Position numbers and translations under genes: made by a program. A DNA stretch of 63,785 bases, counting the filler, from Calcarisporiella thermophila CBS 279.70 (taxonomy: Eukaryota; Fungi; Calcarisporiellomycota), in the NCBI RefSeq assembly GCF_041956535.1. It is 8 parts of 8 records of this genome, joined end to end, with 100 filler letters (N's around TTAATTAATTAA, not from the genome) between each part and the next. Parts side by side here need not be neighbours in the genome. Positions count along the whole stretch, not along the records: positions 25,367 to 54,050 come from NW_027192202.1; 7 more parts are not named here. The stretch is one strand, 5' to 3'. Numbering within the stretch: position 1 is the stretch's first letter; the number at the start of each line of letters is the position of its first letter. Under the pieces are notes generated by a model, which had not been told where the DNA came from, did not search any database, and was given only the letters and a program-made list of their open reading frames with translations. This document shows, piece after piece, positions 25,828 to 42,113 of this stretch.

Positions 25828-27062
25828 ATGTCTTCTCCATCCAAACCCATCATTGTCGTATGCGGCGCTACTGGCGCGCAAGGTAACAACTGTCTCCTAT
25901 CTCTGTCTCTTTCTCCTCTTATGAACGTTTCCCCATTAGGTGGCTCGGTTATCAATTCGCTGCTCCACGAGGCCGATAAATATCACCTACGCGCCATCAC
26001 CCGAAACTCGGAATCTAAAAAAGCAAAGGAACTGGAATCAAGGGGCGTTGAGTTAATTCAAGGAGATTTGAATAAGGAGGAAGATCTTTCTCTCGCATTC
26101 GCAAATGCATATGGCGTATATGCCGTCACCAACTTTTGGGATCCTTCGATAAAGAATCCAGCTCAGGAAGAGGAACAAGGCAAACTTATTGCCGATGTTG
26201 CGAAGAAGTTGGGGGTGCAGCACTTTGTTTTCAGGTAGGGATGACTCGAGTTATCTAATTTGCTGGGCTCTATACATATCCATCTTAACATAGTGCTTTG
26301 GACGATGTCGAGAAAGTATCGAATGGCAAGTATCGCAACGTGTTGCACTTTAACAATAAGGCCCATGTGTTGGAGTATATAAAGAGCATCGGCTTGCCCT
26401 ACACCGCCATCAAGGTTGCTTTTTACTTTGAGAATTTGACAGCCTTTATGGGCCCCCAGAAACAGGCAGATGGCTCTTATGTCATGAAAGGAATTGTTCG
26501 ACCCGACACTAAAGTGCCTATGTTCCCGGCAACTCTGGATGTTGGGGTAAGTATTACGTAACATTACACTAAATACACCTTTTTCTTATAATTGTTATTA
26601 CATATTTATAGCCCGTGGTTTCCCAAGTTTTTGCTAATCGCGAAAAGTTCCTTGGAAAGTCGATAGATGTGGCAAGTGATGAATACTCGTTCCCCGAGAT
26701 AGCCGAAATTATGTCAAAAGGTCAGTGGTTACTTGCATTCCCTCCTGTTCAATTATTTACCTGTACCAATCCTAAGTTGCTGGCATCCCGGTTCGATATC
26801 AATATATTCCCCCGCAAGACCTTTCCAAAGAGCTTCCTTTCATAGCCGGCAACGATGAAATGCGTGAAATGTAAAGAATAATAGATTATGCACTGAATCC
26901 TAAAGTTTTCTGATAGATAAATGTACTGGATGTAGGCTCGAGTATTTCAATGACTTTGGCTACTTCGCAGGAAGAAACTTCAAGAAAAGTCGCCTCGTCG
27001 ACCACAAATTCACCACTCTTGAAGAATTTCTCCGCAAGATCAATTGGAAGCTTCCGCAGTAG
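25828..27062 (+). CDS. NmrA-like/HSCARG atypical SDR, multi-exon
   Basis: VVCGATGAQGGSV (across the intron), RAITRN, YAVTNFW, HFNNK. Confidence 0.9.
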
Positions 27063-28652
27063 GTAGCAAACGGGCAAAATAGGAAGAATTTCATTGAAGG
27101 ATACTCTGTCGTTCGCAAACACCTTCGCCTACAATTTATCATCGCTCGGCATCGAACCATAATGTGGAATTTTTACTAATAAACACTTTTTATCTCAAAT
27201 CGAATCATCTCTTAAAACATTAACTAGCATTTACCCGATAAAATGCCTCCCCATCTCGAACAGGGCTTCAAATATGATAAAGTGTCTCTTGAAGATTGAT
27301 TCTGGTCTTATTACTGGTGAGGTCAATTATTGGAATCCGGCTAGTTCCGCTATTTACCTTGCTTTCCTTGGTTTTTTCTTTGTCAGCCATGGGTTCTGTA
27401 AAAATCTTATAACTTATTATTTTGGGAGCTTATTTCCGTGGTTTTTGTGTTTATTTGAAATGACAATTGTTTTTCCGAATCAATTTTAAATAGTTCTCGT
27501 GATCGTGAAAGCGAGAGCTTTGGCAAAGCACTTGGTTTTTCTTCTCGAAGGGATGCTTGATTTTTATCCCCAGGTAACCAATTGAGTTTTCTTGAGCTCG
27601 TTTTTGTTGAGTAGCTCATTATTATAAGTGTTAGAACTTCTGTCATAACACTGGGGTCTGGGACCAATATCCTTTCAAATCTCTATATTAGTATACCTTT
27701 TTTTTTCATGGTAAATAGATTTATTCTGGAACTTTGGTCAATGCGTTTAGCTGAAATGTAATACTACACTTTCTTGTTTGATTACTTATAAGTTCCTCTT
27801 TAAGTTTGTTGCAATCCCTCGCAAACATCGTTTTCCTCTCCTCCACAAATCACTGATCGGAATAGGGTCTTACCAAACGGAAAAATGTAAACATATGTTT
27901 TCCGTGGAATTATGCAATGATGCAGAGCACTCCATTTCAAGGAGTACATTAAAGAGTGACAGTGATAAAAGCGATGAAGATGGAGATACACAAATGCAAC
28001 AACCTCTTAGCTCGAACAAGGAGACAAAGAGTGGCTCTTATAGTTTTGCAATTGAATATCTATGTGGGCAACTAATAGGCTTCTCACTCAATTTATTATT
28101 TTATGTTCTAGCTCGAAATTCTGCTAAAGACGCTGCAAACAAGAAACAGTATATTCCAAGAAGAAAATAATACGATTTACGAGTAACAAGGCAGAGGCAA
28201 GAGAGAAGAATCGATTATTAATAGACGCTTCAATTCACTAAACTCATCTCTTGTGAACAGGAGACAGCAAAAGAAATAGCAGAACCACTACTACCACCAG
28301 ACAGGGGAGTAGAAAGAAGAGAGGGCAACACTGTAGAAACGCTAGTAGAAAGAATCGCCAACGCAATGCTCGACAAAATAGTATTAATTAAATTTACTAT
28401 ACTGCTTTTCCGTAGTTTCAGATTAATCTGAAATCGTTTCAATGTCCCCTGATAATAGCATCTCTAAAAGGGTAATTCGAATTACATTGTGAAAATTCCC
28501 ATAAGTATAATTCATTCTTTGAATAATGCCACCCTGTATAGTCCAAAAGTTGCATGTCAACGCATTTTTTTAATTTCAATCTCAGGCACTTTAATTTATT
28601 AGAAAATAACCTTTATGATCTATTGTTTCTCATTACAGCCAATCTTCAATAT

Positions 28653-30004
<1,352 letters not shown>

Positions 30005-30898
30005 GTTATATTCCTCAACAGGAATGGTGGGACCATGACTTATATATCGGCTGCTTCCATGTTTCTTATCGAGAATTACACGTTAATGTGTCAGGTAAAT
30101 ATAAAATAGAGAGATTAATCTTGAGCTATTATATAAAAAGATGGAGGTAGAATCATAAGACTTTTACAAGCCAAACTTCACTTATTTTAAATAAACGGAG
30201 TTGACACACTTCAGTGCTACATCGACTTTAAGCATCTTTCAAGTTTTGGCCGATTCTTACTCCTTTTCCACCATTCTTAGTATATTGTTTAAAAAATATA
30301 TTTTTTGGTGCAATTTTTGATTTTTACCAGTCCAAAAAATGAGCATTGGATTCCGGATTGGTATTGGTTCGAAGTTATGGAGAATCCAGGGTTATACGCT
30401 CAACTATATGGCTCGCTAGTACTTACTGGTATAATTAAATCTCAGCAATTGCTTAGAAACGGAGTGTTAACCAAGATTTACCGAGTTTAATTTTATATGT
30501 ATACAGATATTTTGTATTACCTTCCCTGGAAATACCGTTGGTGTCGACGGGTAATTACTTAAATATTCTTCTAACGGAGGGAATAAATGGATTCATTCTG
30601 CTGGCCTGAATGGTACTTTTTCTTTTTATTTAAATGGTCCTCGCATTATACATATGACTGAAGTGACTTTGAATAGCATTGTAACATCCAAACCAGTTTA
30701 CTAAAAATTCTGTTTATTCGAACAGATATAAAATTCTTAGTTGGGACTCCACTTGCTTGATATTCCCAAATGTAAACGGGAGATTCAAAAATTGAGGCTT
30801 AGGATAACATTTCAGTTATATATAGTGGAAAACTAGATTTTAACTTTAGCAAGGATTTAATCTCAAAACACTTCTCAATCCCAATCACACTTGAAATA

Positions 30899-32657
30899 AT
30901 GATATCATACTCATTGTTTCTCCATGCACCGCCACGATCACGTCGTTATTATTTACTGCTAGGGTTCATATTAGTAATTGCAGTAGTCACCGTTGGCCAT
31001 ACGATATTCGGCATATACGATAACAAATCTATCAATTCACCCATCAATTCAGATGAGCGCATTGCCACACCGGAATCTAATATTCCCGACCATTCTACAG
31101 ATATAAATGTGAGTAAAAATCAACATAGCCCTATACTACATCCCAATCCATTCGCCGCCGAGTATGTTTACCCGCATCAATGCAATGACTTTTCACACTT
31201 GCCTAAGCAATCGATCCCTCGAACGTATAATTTGCGTCGCCCTAAGCAAGGACGGAAATTATTGGTATTCCACTGGCAGCAATTGACATACAACGATCAC
31301 GACTACATAAAATGGAACGAGATTGAAAATGAACTATGTCCCTACCCATCAGATCTAATCGAATTTTGGATTGCTTTTCGGAAAACCCTACCATCATATG
31401 TTGGAAACCTACCTCCTGCATTCGGTGAAAACTGGCCAATAGGATATGCACCATGTTATTTTTTCCAGTTAGAGAGACAGTCGAGTGTAAAGTGCGAGCA
31501 AAACGGTATTGAGTTCGAACTTACAAGTAACTATACAAGATTCAGAGAAGCGGATGTGTATGTGGTGTATTTTTAATACTTTTTTCAATTGAAAGTCCTT
31601 GAGAATCTAATAATCTGAGATATTGTAGGATTTATCTTGACTATCCATTTTACCTCAATATGAAGGGCGAGCCCCCTTATTACAAGACACGATTATTGCC
31701 ACCGCGGTTACCTAATCAAGTGTGGTGGGTAAGTCATCAGACGCTAGTGTTTTGTTATCAGTTTTATTTGTTTTTCTAAGATTAGCCCTAACTTATATCA
31801 CCTTTGAATTTGAAAAGTATTCATATGGTCGCGAATCTCTTGCTTATTATCCTTTTGTATCACAAGCAAATCTCTTAGATCGATTTGACCTATCAATTGG
31901 CGCTCCGGGACCAATGCATGATCTTTTTTACCCTCTTCACCCAATATCAGATGTTTCGCCTTTTTACCAAAAGACTGCGTTTAGCGAAATCAAGAAAGGA
32001 AAATTACCCATTGGCACCTCTGCTGACCCAGTAGTCGCCATTATGATTTCGAATTGTGATCCCCATAACAAGCGCAATGATATAATGAAGGCATTGTTTG
32101 AGCTGGTGGAAGTTCATTCCTACGGAAAATGTTTTAACAACAAGAAGCTCCCGAAAGATGTCGTCGAAAAGTATGATATCCCGGAAAACTATGATACCTA
32201 TTTTGGCGATTGGCCCGCAATAAAACGCGACGTTTTTTCAAGATATTGGTTTGCGTTTACTCCTGAAAATTCGAATTGTGTAGATTATGTTACAGAAAAG
32301 GTAATAACATTTTGAAATAGTTTTGAAATTGAATTGAATGAGTTCTCTATAGGGTTATTTACTGATCTTCTTCTCTAGATATACGATGCCCTTCAAGCCA
32401 ATTTAATTCCGATATATCTAGGGGCTTCTAATATACGGGAATTTGTACCGGAGAATAGTGTCATAGTGGTGAATGATTACGAGGATATGAACGCTTTGGC
32501 AGCACATTTGCGGGAATTGATGCAAGATGAGAAGAAGCTGGCTAAATATTTCGAATGGAAAACTCGACCACAAAGTGAATTTTGCAAAAAATGTAACAAA
32601 AACATTTTCATTAGGAAAGAATGTCAATTGCTAGACCGCGTAAACTGGGTTGAATAG
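30899..32657 (+). CDS. GT10 alpha-1,3-fucosyltransferase, paralog A
   Basis: Type II TM anchor; ISNC, VHSYGKC, FAFTPENSNCVDYVTEK-IYDAL..IPIYLG motif. Confidence 0.9.
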
Positions 32658-33258
32658 ATATTATCTCCCAAAACTATTTATTTTTAATAGAATATTTATG
32701 TATTGTAACAATATTAAATTCCTTGGAAGATATTGTTAAGCTTTATTATAATATTAATATTTAATAATGATAAGCAATTAATAGACGTAAAAAGTTTGCA
32801 GACAGGCATTTTTTCCAACACTTGAATTTAAGAGGGCTGAGTAAACGTAAATAAAGTACAAGTGCTTATCAAAAATTTCATAGTTCATATAAAACGCTTC
32901 AGTTAGCGACAATGTGAAGCATACTGTAATTTCTATACCATAATGAAATTAAGAGCAAGCCTGGCAGAAAACCTGGTATGACATAGATATGCTGTGCTGC
33001 TTAACTACAAAAATATGGGGCAACTCTTATTTATAAGTGAAAATGCCTCGCAATAACTTTCGTTTTAAGTTTACAAAAAAAGCTACAATCATAATAATAT
33101 ACCTTGACGTGTATGACACCTGGTGTTATAAGTTTTATATAGAATTCAATATCAGTTGGTAATGAACATTATTAAAATTGAGGGATGTTAAGTATCTTAT
33201 TGAAGAAGCTTTATATTCATTAAAATTGTATTCACACAAACTTATTTAAATTCTACAT

Positions 33259-34903
33259 CTATTCTACCCATGTTGCGCGGTCCAACAGTTGGCATTCCTT
33301 CCTCTCAGAAATATTCATATTACATTTTTTACAGAATTGCGCTTGTGGGCGTTTCTTCCAATCGAAATACTTGGCCAATTTCCTCTCATCCTGCATTAGC
33401 TCTTTCAAATGCTCCACCAACTCATTGGTATTCTCAAAATCGCTGGCCACAATGATACTATTTTCAGGCACGTATTCACGAATATTAGGTGCTCCTAGAT
33501 AGATTGGAATTAAATCCGCTGCTAAAGCATCATAGACCTACAAAATTTTTGTCGAGTCAGTAAACATAATATACACATTATGCAAAAATCTTACCTTTTC
33601 TGTAACGTAATCTACACAATTCGAATTCTCAGGAGTAAATGCAAACCAATAGGGAGAAAATACATCACGTTTTATTGCGGGCCAATCACCAAAATAGGTG
33701 TCATAATTATCTGGTATATTGTATTTCTCCATGATGGGCTTGGGTATTTTTTTATTGTTAAGGCACTTCCCATATGAATGTACCTCTACTAAAGAATTCA
33801 ACTCTTGCATAATTCTATTACGTTGATTCTGCGGTTCGCAGTTCGAAATCATCATGGCAATAATTGGGTTAGCGGAGGAACCGATGGATATTTTTTTTTG
33901 TTTAATTGCGCTAAAGTCAACGGTTGTGTAGTAAGGTGCAAGATCTGATATAGGTAGTAGTGGATAAAATATGTCATGCATTGGCTCGGGCGCTCCAATT
34001 GATATGTCAAACCTGTCTAAGAGATTGGTTTGAAATGCAAAGGGGTAATAGGCGAGAGATTCGCGGCCAAATGAATACTGGACAGTATTAAAAATGTGTG
34101 AAAATACATGTTAAAATCGAATATAAACTTCCAGAAAAAAGCTAGCAAACATACTTACCCACCATACTTGATGCGGCAATTTTGGTGGTAACAAGCTTGA
34201 TTGGAAAAAAGGTGGCCTACCTTTAGTGTTGAGGTAGAACGGATAGTCCATGTAAATACTGAATTAAGAATATTAATTGTGCTATCAAGGTTCAAGATTT
34301 TAGATGTTACTAGTTATTAAAAGAAACAACTTACATATCAGCTTCTCTGAATCTAGTATAGTTGCTAGTTATTTCGAACACGATACCATTCTGTGCACAT
34401 TGGACACTTGGCTGATTATCCAAACGAAAAAAAAAACAGGGTGCATATCCTAGAGGCCACCTTTTACCAAAGAAAAAGGGTACATTATCATGTAAAGAGT
34501 GTATAATATTTCGATAGCTGTTCCAAAAGTCTATCAAATCCGATGGATAGGGACACAATTCTTTTTCTATCTCTTTCCAATTAGGCTTATTATCGTATGT
34601 CTGTTGTTGCCAATGAAATATCACAACCTTGCGCCCTTGCTTTGGACCTCGGAGGATGTAGGTTCGAGGAGTTTCTTGTTTATATATATGGGTAAAATTA
34701 TTGCATTGATGAGGATAATCATACTCAGCTACGAAAGGATTTGAATATAACTTTGTCTCTTGCGTATATGTATAATCATATAAAGTATAGAACACGTATC
34801 CCATGTAGATTAGGCCAAAAATCATGACAAAACTAAGTATCAAGTAATAACGTCGCGATCTTGTTAGACCATGGAGACATCTGTAGTTCATCTTCCGAAG
34901 CAT
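33259..34903 (-). CDS. GT10 alpha-1,3-fucosyltransferase, paralog B
   Basis: Same motifs and intron positions as paralog A; tail-to-tail orientation. Confidence 0.9.
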
Positions 34904-34959
34904 AAAAAATTCTTAAAAGAAACGAATTGTTAAGTATTTACTATACTCGACCTGATAAA

Positions 34960-35760
34960 AATATACTGCGGACTTTGTCAGCAGTCCACGCTTCACGATG
35001 ATGAGGTCGATTTATTGGATAAAATGAGCTGGTACAAAGAAATATAGATAAAACTAAACAAACTTATTTTCTCCAGAGCTTGGAGCAGCTACGACAGAAG
35101 CTCAGGCACAAGATTGGGGAAGGGAAGCCAGCCCATATGCCAATCCACCCTGGACAATGATAGCACGGGTTCTTCGGAAGGTGATGTTGGAACAAGTGAA
35201 TCTAACAGTAGTAACTCCGTATTGGCCATCAGCCCCATGGTTTCCCTATTTACTACAGATGAAACTGGAGGAACCGACCTGGATACCGAGGAAGGCAATT
35301 TGTCTGGCGTCAACACAGACAGAGCACCCACTGAAGCTCAAATCATGGTATTTGACCGCATGGCGTATCTCAGGGAAGAATTGAGGAAAAAAAAAATCGC
35401 TTCTCTAGATACAGCAATTGCTGCTACGCGGCAAAGGCAGACTGGCCAAGCCTCGCAACTATTCTTCAGCGCAAAAGAAATGGCAGCAAACTTTGCTCCG
35501 TCTTTCCAAGCCCCAGCGTATGCAATAGCAGTCTTTTTGGCTGAGCAACACCAACAAGGGAAAGCCGCAAAGTCTTGTCAACTTTATCGTTCAACAATCG
35601 GCGAGATTCAATCAGGTGAAAACTCTCATCGGGACCCCTTGGTCGCCAAGATCCTTAGAGAAGTAGCTAGAGAGGCGCCACCTATCAATCTTGCTGAGAG
35701 ATCGGTGGACATCACCTCGATCATTGTACATTATAAAAAGACAGTGGCAAGCTAGAGGAA
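34960..35760 (+). mobile_element. Internally deleted DIRS1-like (tyrosine recombinase) retrotransposon remnant
   Basis: Shared terminus; overlapping frames encode the DIRS methyltransferase-like tail (IARVLRKV..VVTPYWPSAPWFP..LTAWRISG) and a YR N-terminal-like region (AVFLAE..YRSTI..DPLVAKIL). Confidence 0.75.
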
Positions 35761-36985
35761 GACTCCTTGAAGGAACAAAGATTTTTCTGATTACAACGGA
35801 CTTTCAGCCAAGTCTTCAATTTTATCGCGATGGATTATGTCCATCTTTGTGATTGCCCGGCTATGCTAGCTATCAGTCCCGGAGAACCAAATAACCCAAC
35901 CGTATTAATTACCGTCTACGAAAGACCAATAAATTTAGCTTCTTGTTTTGCCCTCTCAACAGGAAGATGTTGAACAATTTGTTGAGTTGATATAACACGA
36001 GTAACCAAGATGAACAGAACATCGTCGTCCACACATTTTGGAAATCCCAGATTAGCAATTTCCCAAAGGTTCCAGAGATTTAGAGGATTGCTGCTCAAAA
36101 CTTGACGGCTCAGTGCTCTCCAATTGGAGAATTTGTTAGACGTTATGAACCGGTGTTTCAAAGGTATTTCGTTATTCGAACTGCGTTGGCCTGATAGTGA
36201 ACTTTAAATTGTTAGAGCAGTGGGGAATCCAGTAGTAAGATCTGAGCGTTCTACTCTCCATTCAAACCCAATATTAACTGCGTAATCTGCCATCCGCTTT
36301 GTTATTTCGTCTCGATCTTTGAACATAGAAGATTTGAGAACAGAAATGGAGACTTCTACGACGCGATCTCCAAGATAGCAGAATTCGAAAATGAAATATC
36401 AGAATTGAATGTGACATTTTATTTATTTGCATTTATCATTTAATATTTATGTACATGTATCTTCGTTTTGGTTACTTGTGGTGACGGGTTCACATGAAGA
36501 CCTCAGATAATTTGTAAAACAATGATTTGGATGAATTTCGCAATGGATTTACATAAATATAAAATTGATATAAGAAAAATAGTTTTTATGCACAATGTCT
36601 CAAAGCATTGGTTGGTATTAGAATATTATTTTCAACATTTCATATAAGTCAGCTATATTTATCATAAGCTATTCTTGCCCGATCCAACAGTGTTACTTTC
36701 TCATTGTTTTATGAATTCATTATGAACTAATTCTTCTATACGCATTCGAGTTAGACCACTTATTAGTGGTCTAACTCGGAGGGAGAAACTCACAAGTTAC
36801 TCATAAACACTAATGATTCACATTTGAAACCGAAAGATAGAACTCTCGTTTGGTGAGATAATTAATGGAGATTTCATTATTTTCAGTGATTATATTATCG
36901 ATTAATTTATCACATTAATACAATAAATTATTAACATTCACTGAATTAAAAGCGTAGGTAAAAATGGTCAAATGTTCTCAATTTA

Positions 36986-37865
36986 TTAACTCTGTGCCGC
37001 GAGAAAGTCTCGGTATTTAAGCACTATACAGTACAACCAGCCCATTCTAACAAGTGTTTGGGCACTTGTCATAACTGAGCTCCATCTTCTCTTATTGAAA
37101 AAGCCAAGGGTAGAGTGAATCAAATAAAATCCTCTAGGAAAAAGATCAGCGTAGAGAAAGAACACTAAAACTGAAGAATCATTCGCAACCATCGCATAGG
37201 CACCTGTGAGCATGGCGATGAGTTCAAGAATGGGATTGAGCTGCCAAGGTGCTCCGTTGACGAGGCAAGCGTGAATGAATCCAAGTGATATCACCAGGTT
37301 AAATACAATATGCTGAATGAGAAATAGTTGCCAGATAGTTTTAAATAAAGTGATCTCAACCGTATCAGAGATGGCAGAGTGGAGCTGGTACTGGCTATCA
37401 GTCACTTTCTTGGTGAAAAGCGTGTATTGGTAGAGTTGGAAGACGCATATGCACACAAAAAACTATTAAAAAATATAAAATGTAATCAGCTCAATCCGTG
37501 TCAAATTGTTAGAGTGCATTCATATCGGTAGTTGTAAAATGGTCAGTCTTAAATAGATAAAAAAAAAAAAATACGGCGTTTACCTCATTGCAAAGAGCAC
37601 GCAAAAAGTTATTTAAAAAAATATCAAAAAAAGGTAAGTCTTTCAATAATCTACAATATCGCCTAATATTGGATATAGCTGAGTAGGCAAATTTTGCGGT
37701 AAAGCAGAGTATTAGAGGAGGGCTACAACTACGAAGAAGTACTGAAACGAGATTTAGGAAACAAATTACAAGGCCAAAAATATCGCATTTTATCTGATTC
37801 CACAACTGCTTTGGTGTAATTGACTGTGGAAGAGACTCTTGATACTGGTAGAGTTTAATCGGCAC
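36986..37865 (-). CDS. Hypothetical membrane protein (exon structure uncertain)
   Basis: Two adjacent hydrophobic ORFs on the same strand with splice-like signals between them. Confidence 0.35.
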
Positions 37866-38720
37866 ATTTATGCGCCGGCAGGTCTCCAGCTATTGTCATT
37901 GATAAGAATTAGAGAAATAGTAAAAAAAATCCCGAGAGATTATGTTATAATCTTAAATAAAAAATAGTTATTTAATTCTCCCTTATAAAAGAAAATTACT
38001 TACAGCAATTTCTGCTAAAGTTAATGCAATTATTGTATCGGTCGAGAATTTATTTTCCAATATAAGCGAATTGAAAGTTACGTATAATGTCCTCAAAGAA
38101 GCTATGCTTTTTGAACACAACTATAATAAATCGTGTGAACATACTAAAAAGATTCAGCGGGTTGCCAAGCACAGATGAATGCTTGCTTAATTGAATCAGA
38201 AATTCCCTTTTTATATAGCTCAAAATAAGGGGGAAAAGTTACCTGTGATACTGTGAGATAAACTTTGTATTCATTTTTCTATGAGTAAATAATTGCAAGT
38301 TAATTCGAAAAAAGAAAAATAGAGATATAACTTATTCTGGGTTAAATATCTCCTACAACATCTGATTAAATAAGGAGTTAAATTGTTATTCTCATGGGAT
38401 GATTAATGGAAATATTGATGGATGAAAGGGTAGAGGTAACTAATTATCTTCAACCGGAAACCTGTAAAAGCACTTTGTACCTGGATATTAAATTTATACA
38501 AGGTATGAGTGTGGCTCAATGAGGCTATTTGGTCGGAGCTTTATAATTGTAAGAAGAGATAATTACTGAAATTATTACTCATTTGTTAAAATATACGGTC
38601 ATTATTGTTGGATAATACCATAGGTGTTATATAATATTAATGAAATATAATTAAGTAGTCAAAATGCATAGTCATTTTGTAACTGTATAATTGAGAAGAT
38701 AGAAGGCAAGTTCTTTTAAT

Positions 38721-41324
38721 TCACCAAAGTGTGCATTTCTTATTCGGATTCATTCTAGATCCCGATGGACATTTCCAAGCACGAGCGAACTCTTCCGAAT
38801 TCATTGCTACTCCATTTACTCGGAACACTTCTGGAGAATGTTCGTTTGTAAGCAATTTCTGAAGCTGCATCTCAGGGGAAGAGTATCCACAGTAGGGCCG
38901 AGCACTTGCTATGAAAAATAACTGTTCACGGGTATAATGTTCTAGCCCAGGTAATATCTGGTCATGCAGAGATGGCTCGATGGATTTTTTCCATGCAAGG
39001 TAGGCCTGTCGAATTCCACCGTTATCTGCAATATTCTCGCTGAGGGTGTTTCGGCCATCTAGATACACTGTACTGCCATTCGGAGCGCGCATAGAGAAGT
39101 TGGAGTATTGATCAACAAAACACTGAGCTCTCATTTCAAAATTATGTGATGCCTCTTGGCTCCACCAGTCACGAAGCGCACCTTGACCGTCGTATTGACG
39201 GCCTTGATTGTCAAATCCGTGCTATGACGATTTTTTACGTTAGTATGTTTTATATAGGTGAAACATCACATGTATGCCAACCGTTATTTCATGCCCAACT
39301 ATATATCCAAGCGTACCGTAGTTGATATATGACGGTAGGTTAATGTGGAAGAAAGGTGGTTGAGCGCCTCCTGAAGGTACAGCTAAATGACCTAAAACTA
39401 GAGACTAAATCCCAACATAGAGAAAATAAAGAATTATATCAAGTTGTATCGGTAAGCTATATATTCAATGAAGCTCTTACGTGGTAGGCGTCAGCCGTGT
39501 ACGAAGTCATCCACCAGATATATCTGTCGGGTTTTTTACCCAGCATTTGAATTAATTTCGTAAACATGAACATTCTTCCTGCAACTCCTATCTCCTGGAA
39601 ATTGTCTGTGGAGACTTCGAAATCAGCATAGTATCTCTGTAAATCACTTGGTGACATTAAATTGGGAGACTCAGATGGATACCCAACCAAATATTTAAGT
39701 TCTTCAGCTTTTTTAAGGGCATTTACACGCGTCTTCTCATCAAGCCAATCGAGATGTGGAAGAGTCATGATAAATTCCTGGCGGATGTTATCTATTAACT
39801 CTTTAAGAGCATTTCTGCTTTCCGGCCCAAATCGGCGTAGTGCAAAGTGGCGACCGGGAACATGCCAAATAAATTTACTCACTTCATTTATACAAGTACG
39901 CCAGCGTGGTGAGTCAATGTTTCGTTTCGTACCAGAAAGGACATCGTTTAGCTTTCGTAGTGACTGTGTTAGTCGCTCAGGAAGATAATTTGCATACTCG
40001 CTAATTGTTCGCCAAAGCAAAAATGCTTGAATTGTGGGGGAATGTGTTTTTGCAATAATCGAGGAAAGATTCCCGGCATAATATGGCCAGCTCACAATTA
40101 GATCCACGTCTAAAGGTGCTGGACTCGCATTTGAATAGAGCTGCTTAAAATGACTATCCCAATCAAGGAGAGGGGCCAGGCGTTGAAGGGTAGTGATATT
40201 CATAAGATTATACGAAAGCTTGGGGTTACTCAATTGTTGTCTAGAGAAATAAAACCTCATTTTGTAAGAAAATAGACTTTAAAATAACTAAAAACATCGT
40301 CCTCACTGTGGTAAGAAATGCTCCATTAGCTGTTTTTCAAAAATGACGATTTTTTCGGAAATGCTCTCCCATGTTTTCTGTTCAATATCAGGCGTGTTTG
40401 GCCATAAATCCGCATCTGCCACAATTCCTGAAAAAGTTTCCGAAATAGCCATCCTATATGCGTGCACTAGCGTTTTATCCTGATAATATGCAAGAGCCGG
40501 CAACCCAAGTACTGGCTGCGTAAGCCGTAATCTGTTCACATTCATATCTGGCCAAAGCTCGTATTGGAAGAATGCGCTGATTCCGTAGTTCGCGATTAGG
40601 CCCAGCGCGGCACCTAGAGAACTCTTTATAGCATTATCATCATCTTTTGTATTATTTTCTGCATCACTGCTAAAATACTCAGGGAGCGGGCGAGGAAGTG
40701 GGAATCCTTCCAATACCAGCTTTAACACAGAAACCAAATTTTGGGCTCTTCCTTCATTAACTGAAGTACGCATGCACACCTCATATACCTTTTTGGCTTT
40801 TTCGAATACTTCCCTATCATTGAGCTCTTCTTCTCGTGTCAAATTCCCAACAGTACTACCATCATAATCTCCCTCCAATACATCTCGGATTGTTAGAAGA
40901 TTTTCCTCCTGCACCACATTAAACATAATCCATCTGGATGTTTCAGGCGGTATATGATGATGCTCTTTGAACCTCCCACAAGCGAAATCATAAAAGTTAT
41001 CGCATGGTGAGACGGATGAGTTAATGTCACGAAGAATACCCGCGGCAGTTTCGAGACAGACAGTTGTCGTGCAATATTCCTGATGTTTTATAAGCTTGCG
41101 CATGAATTTTAAAGTCATAGCATTAGAATTATTCATATAAACATTGATACCTTCACAATAGCAATATTATCGGGAAATTGAAATTTGAAATGGAAAATGT
41201 TTAAAATCCCAAGCCCCACCAATGCTAGCATAAATATCTGGAACCTTTTCCAGTATCTTTGCCAGGACTGTTGATAATAGTCAATGACAGATGGATCCGC
41301 ATGCTTTTTTACAATTCTACTCAT
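38721..41324 (-). CDS. M13 (neprilysin/ECE-like) zinc metallopeptidase, multi-exon
   Basis: N-terminal TM, PCDNFYDFACG, GHEIT|HGFD split by an intron, ENIADNGG, HSP..FRVNG, MNP..KC.LW. Confidence 0.92.
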
Positions 41325-42113
41325 GAAAAATTTCGAAGAGAATATGGAAAAGATTTCTTGGATTTCTCTCGATATTCCAATTACTCCGCTAATAATCTGC
41401 ATTTCATGAGATTACATTGAGCGTAGCTATAATAATTTAATGGTTTGTTCAAACCTCATATATACTGTAGCTGGTAAGGTAAATATATCAAAGGGAACAC
41501 AATTTTGATGGAATTATTTGTAATTTATTTTGATTTTGATTTTATTAATAGTTGGTCCTTTTGAAGTCCTTTAAAATGCTAAAGCGTAGCTTCTATGAAT
41601 TTTATCTTCCTACGCAGATACGAAAAGAAATTTGGTAAATCTATCCGTTATACCTTAATAATGTACAGTACAAAATTTCTGTCCTATTTTCTGGTTTTTA
41701 TACTTCTATTTGAATCTATAATATATTGAATATGAATGTTTACAATTTTGCAAACTTTTCCGAATGCAAACACACAGTTGTATAGTGAATTCAGAACTAA
41801 CTTTTGGATTTGAATATCCCGGATGCGCGAGTTGAGCTGTTTTTATGTGGATAGAGGAATCGATATTAAAATTGAAATATCTTTACGTTATACTGCAATC
41901 TTGAATTCGGACACCATGCAGATGGAAAGCTATATCAAAGATACCCTTCCAAAAGAGGATTTTAGTCCTTAATATAAAATTATACCGATTCAATTCCGAA
42001 TCATCGGTGCTCGATTTTGTATTTTATAAAAGTTTCAGCGGTTTCTGCAGGTTTGCGTCACTGCGATTAAGATTCTAGCAAAATATAATTTGCCTTCTAT
42101 ATTTACAACTATC

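Noticed and set aside
15485-27062. Cluster of the Crinkler, isocyanide synthase and NmrA genes
   Set aside because: The genes lie on different segments separated by linkers, so true adjacency is unknown.
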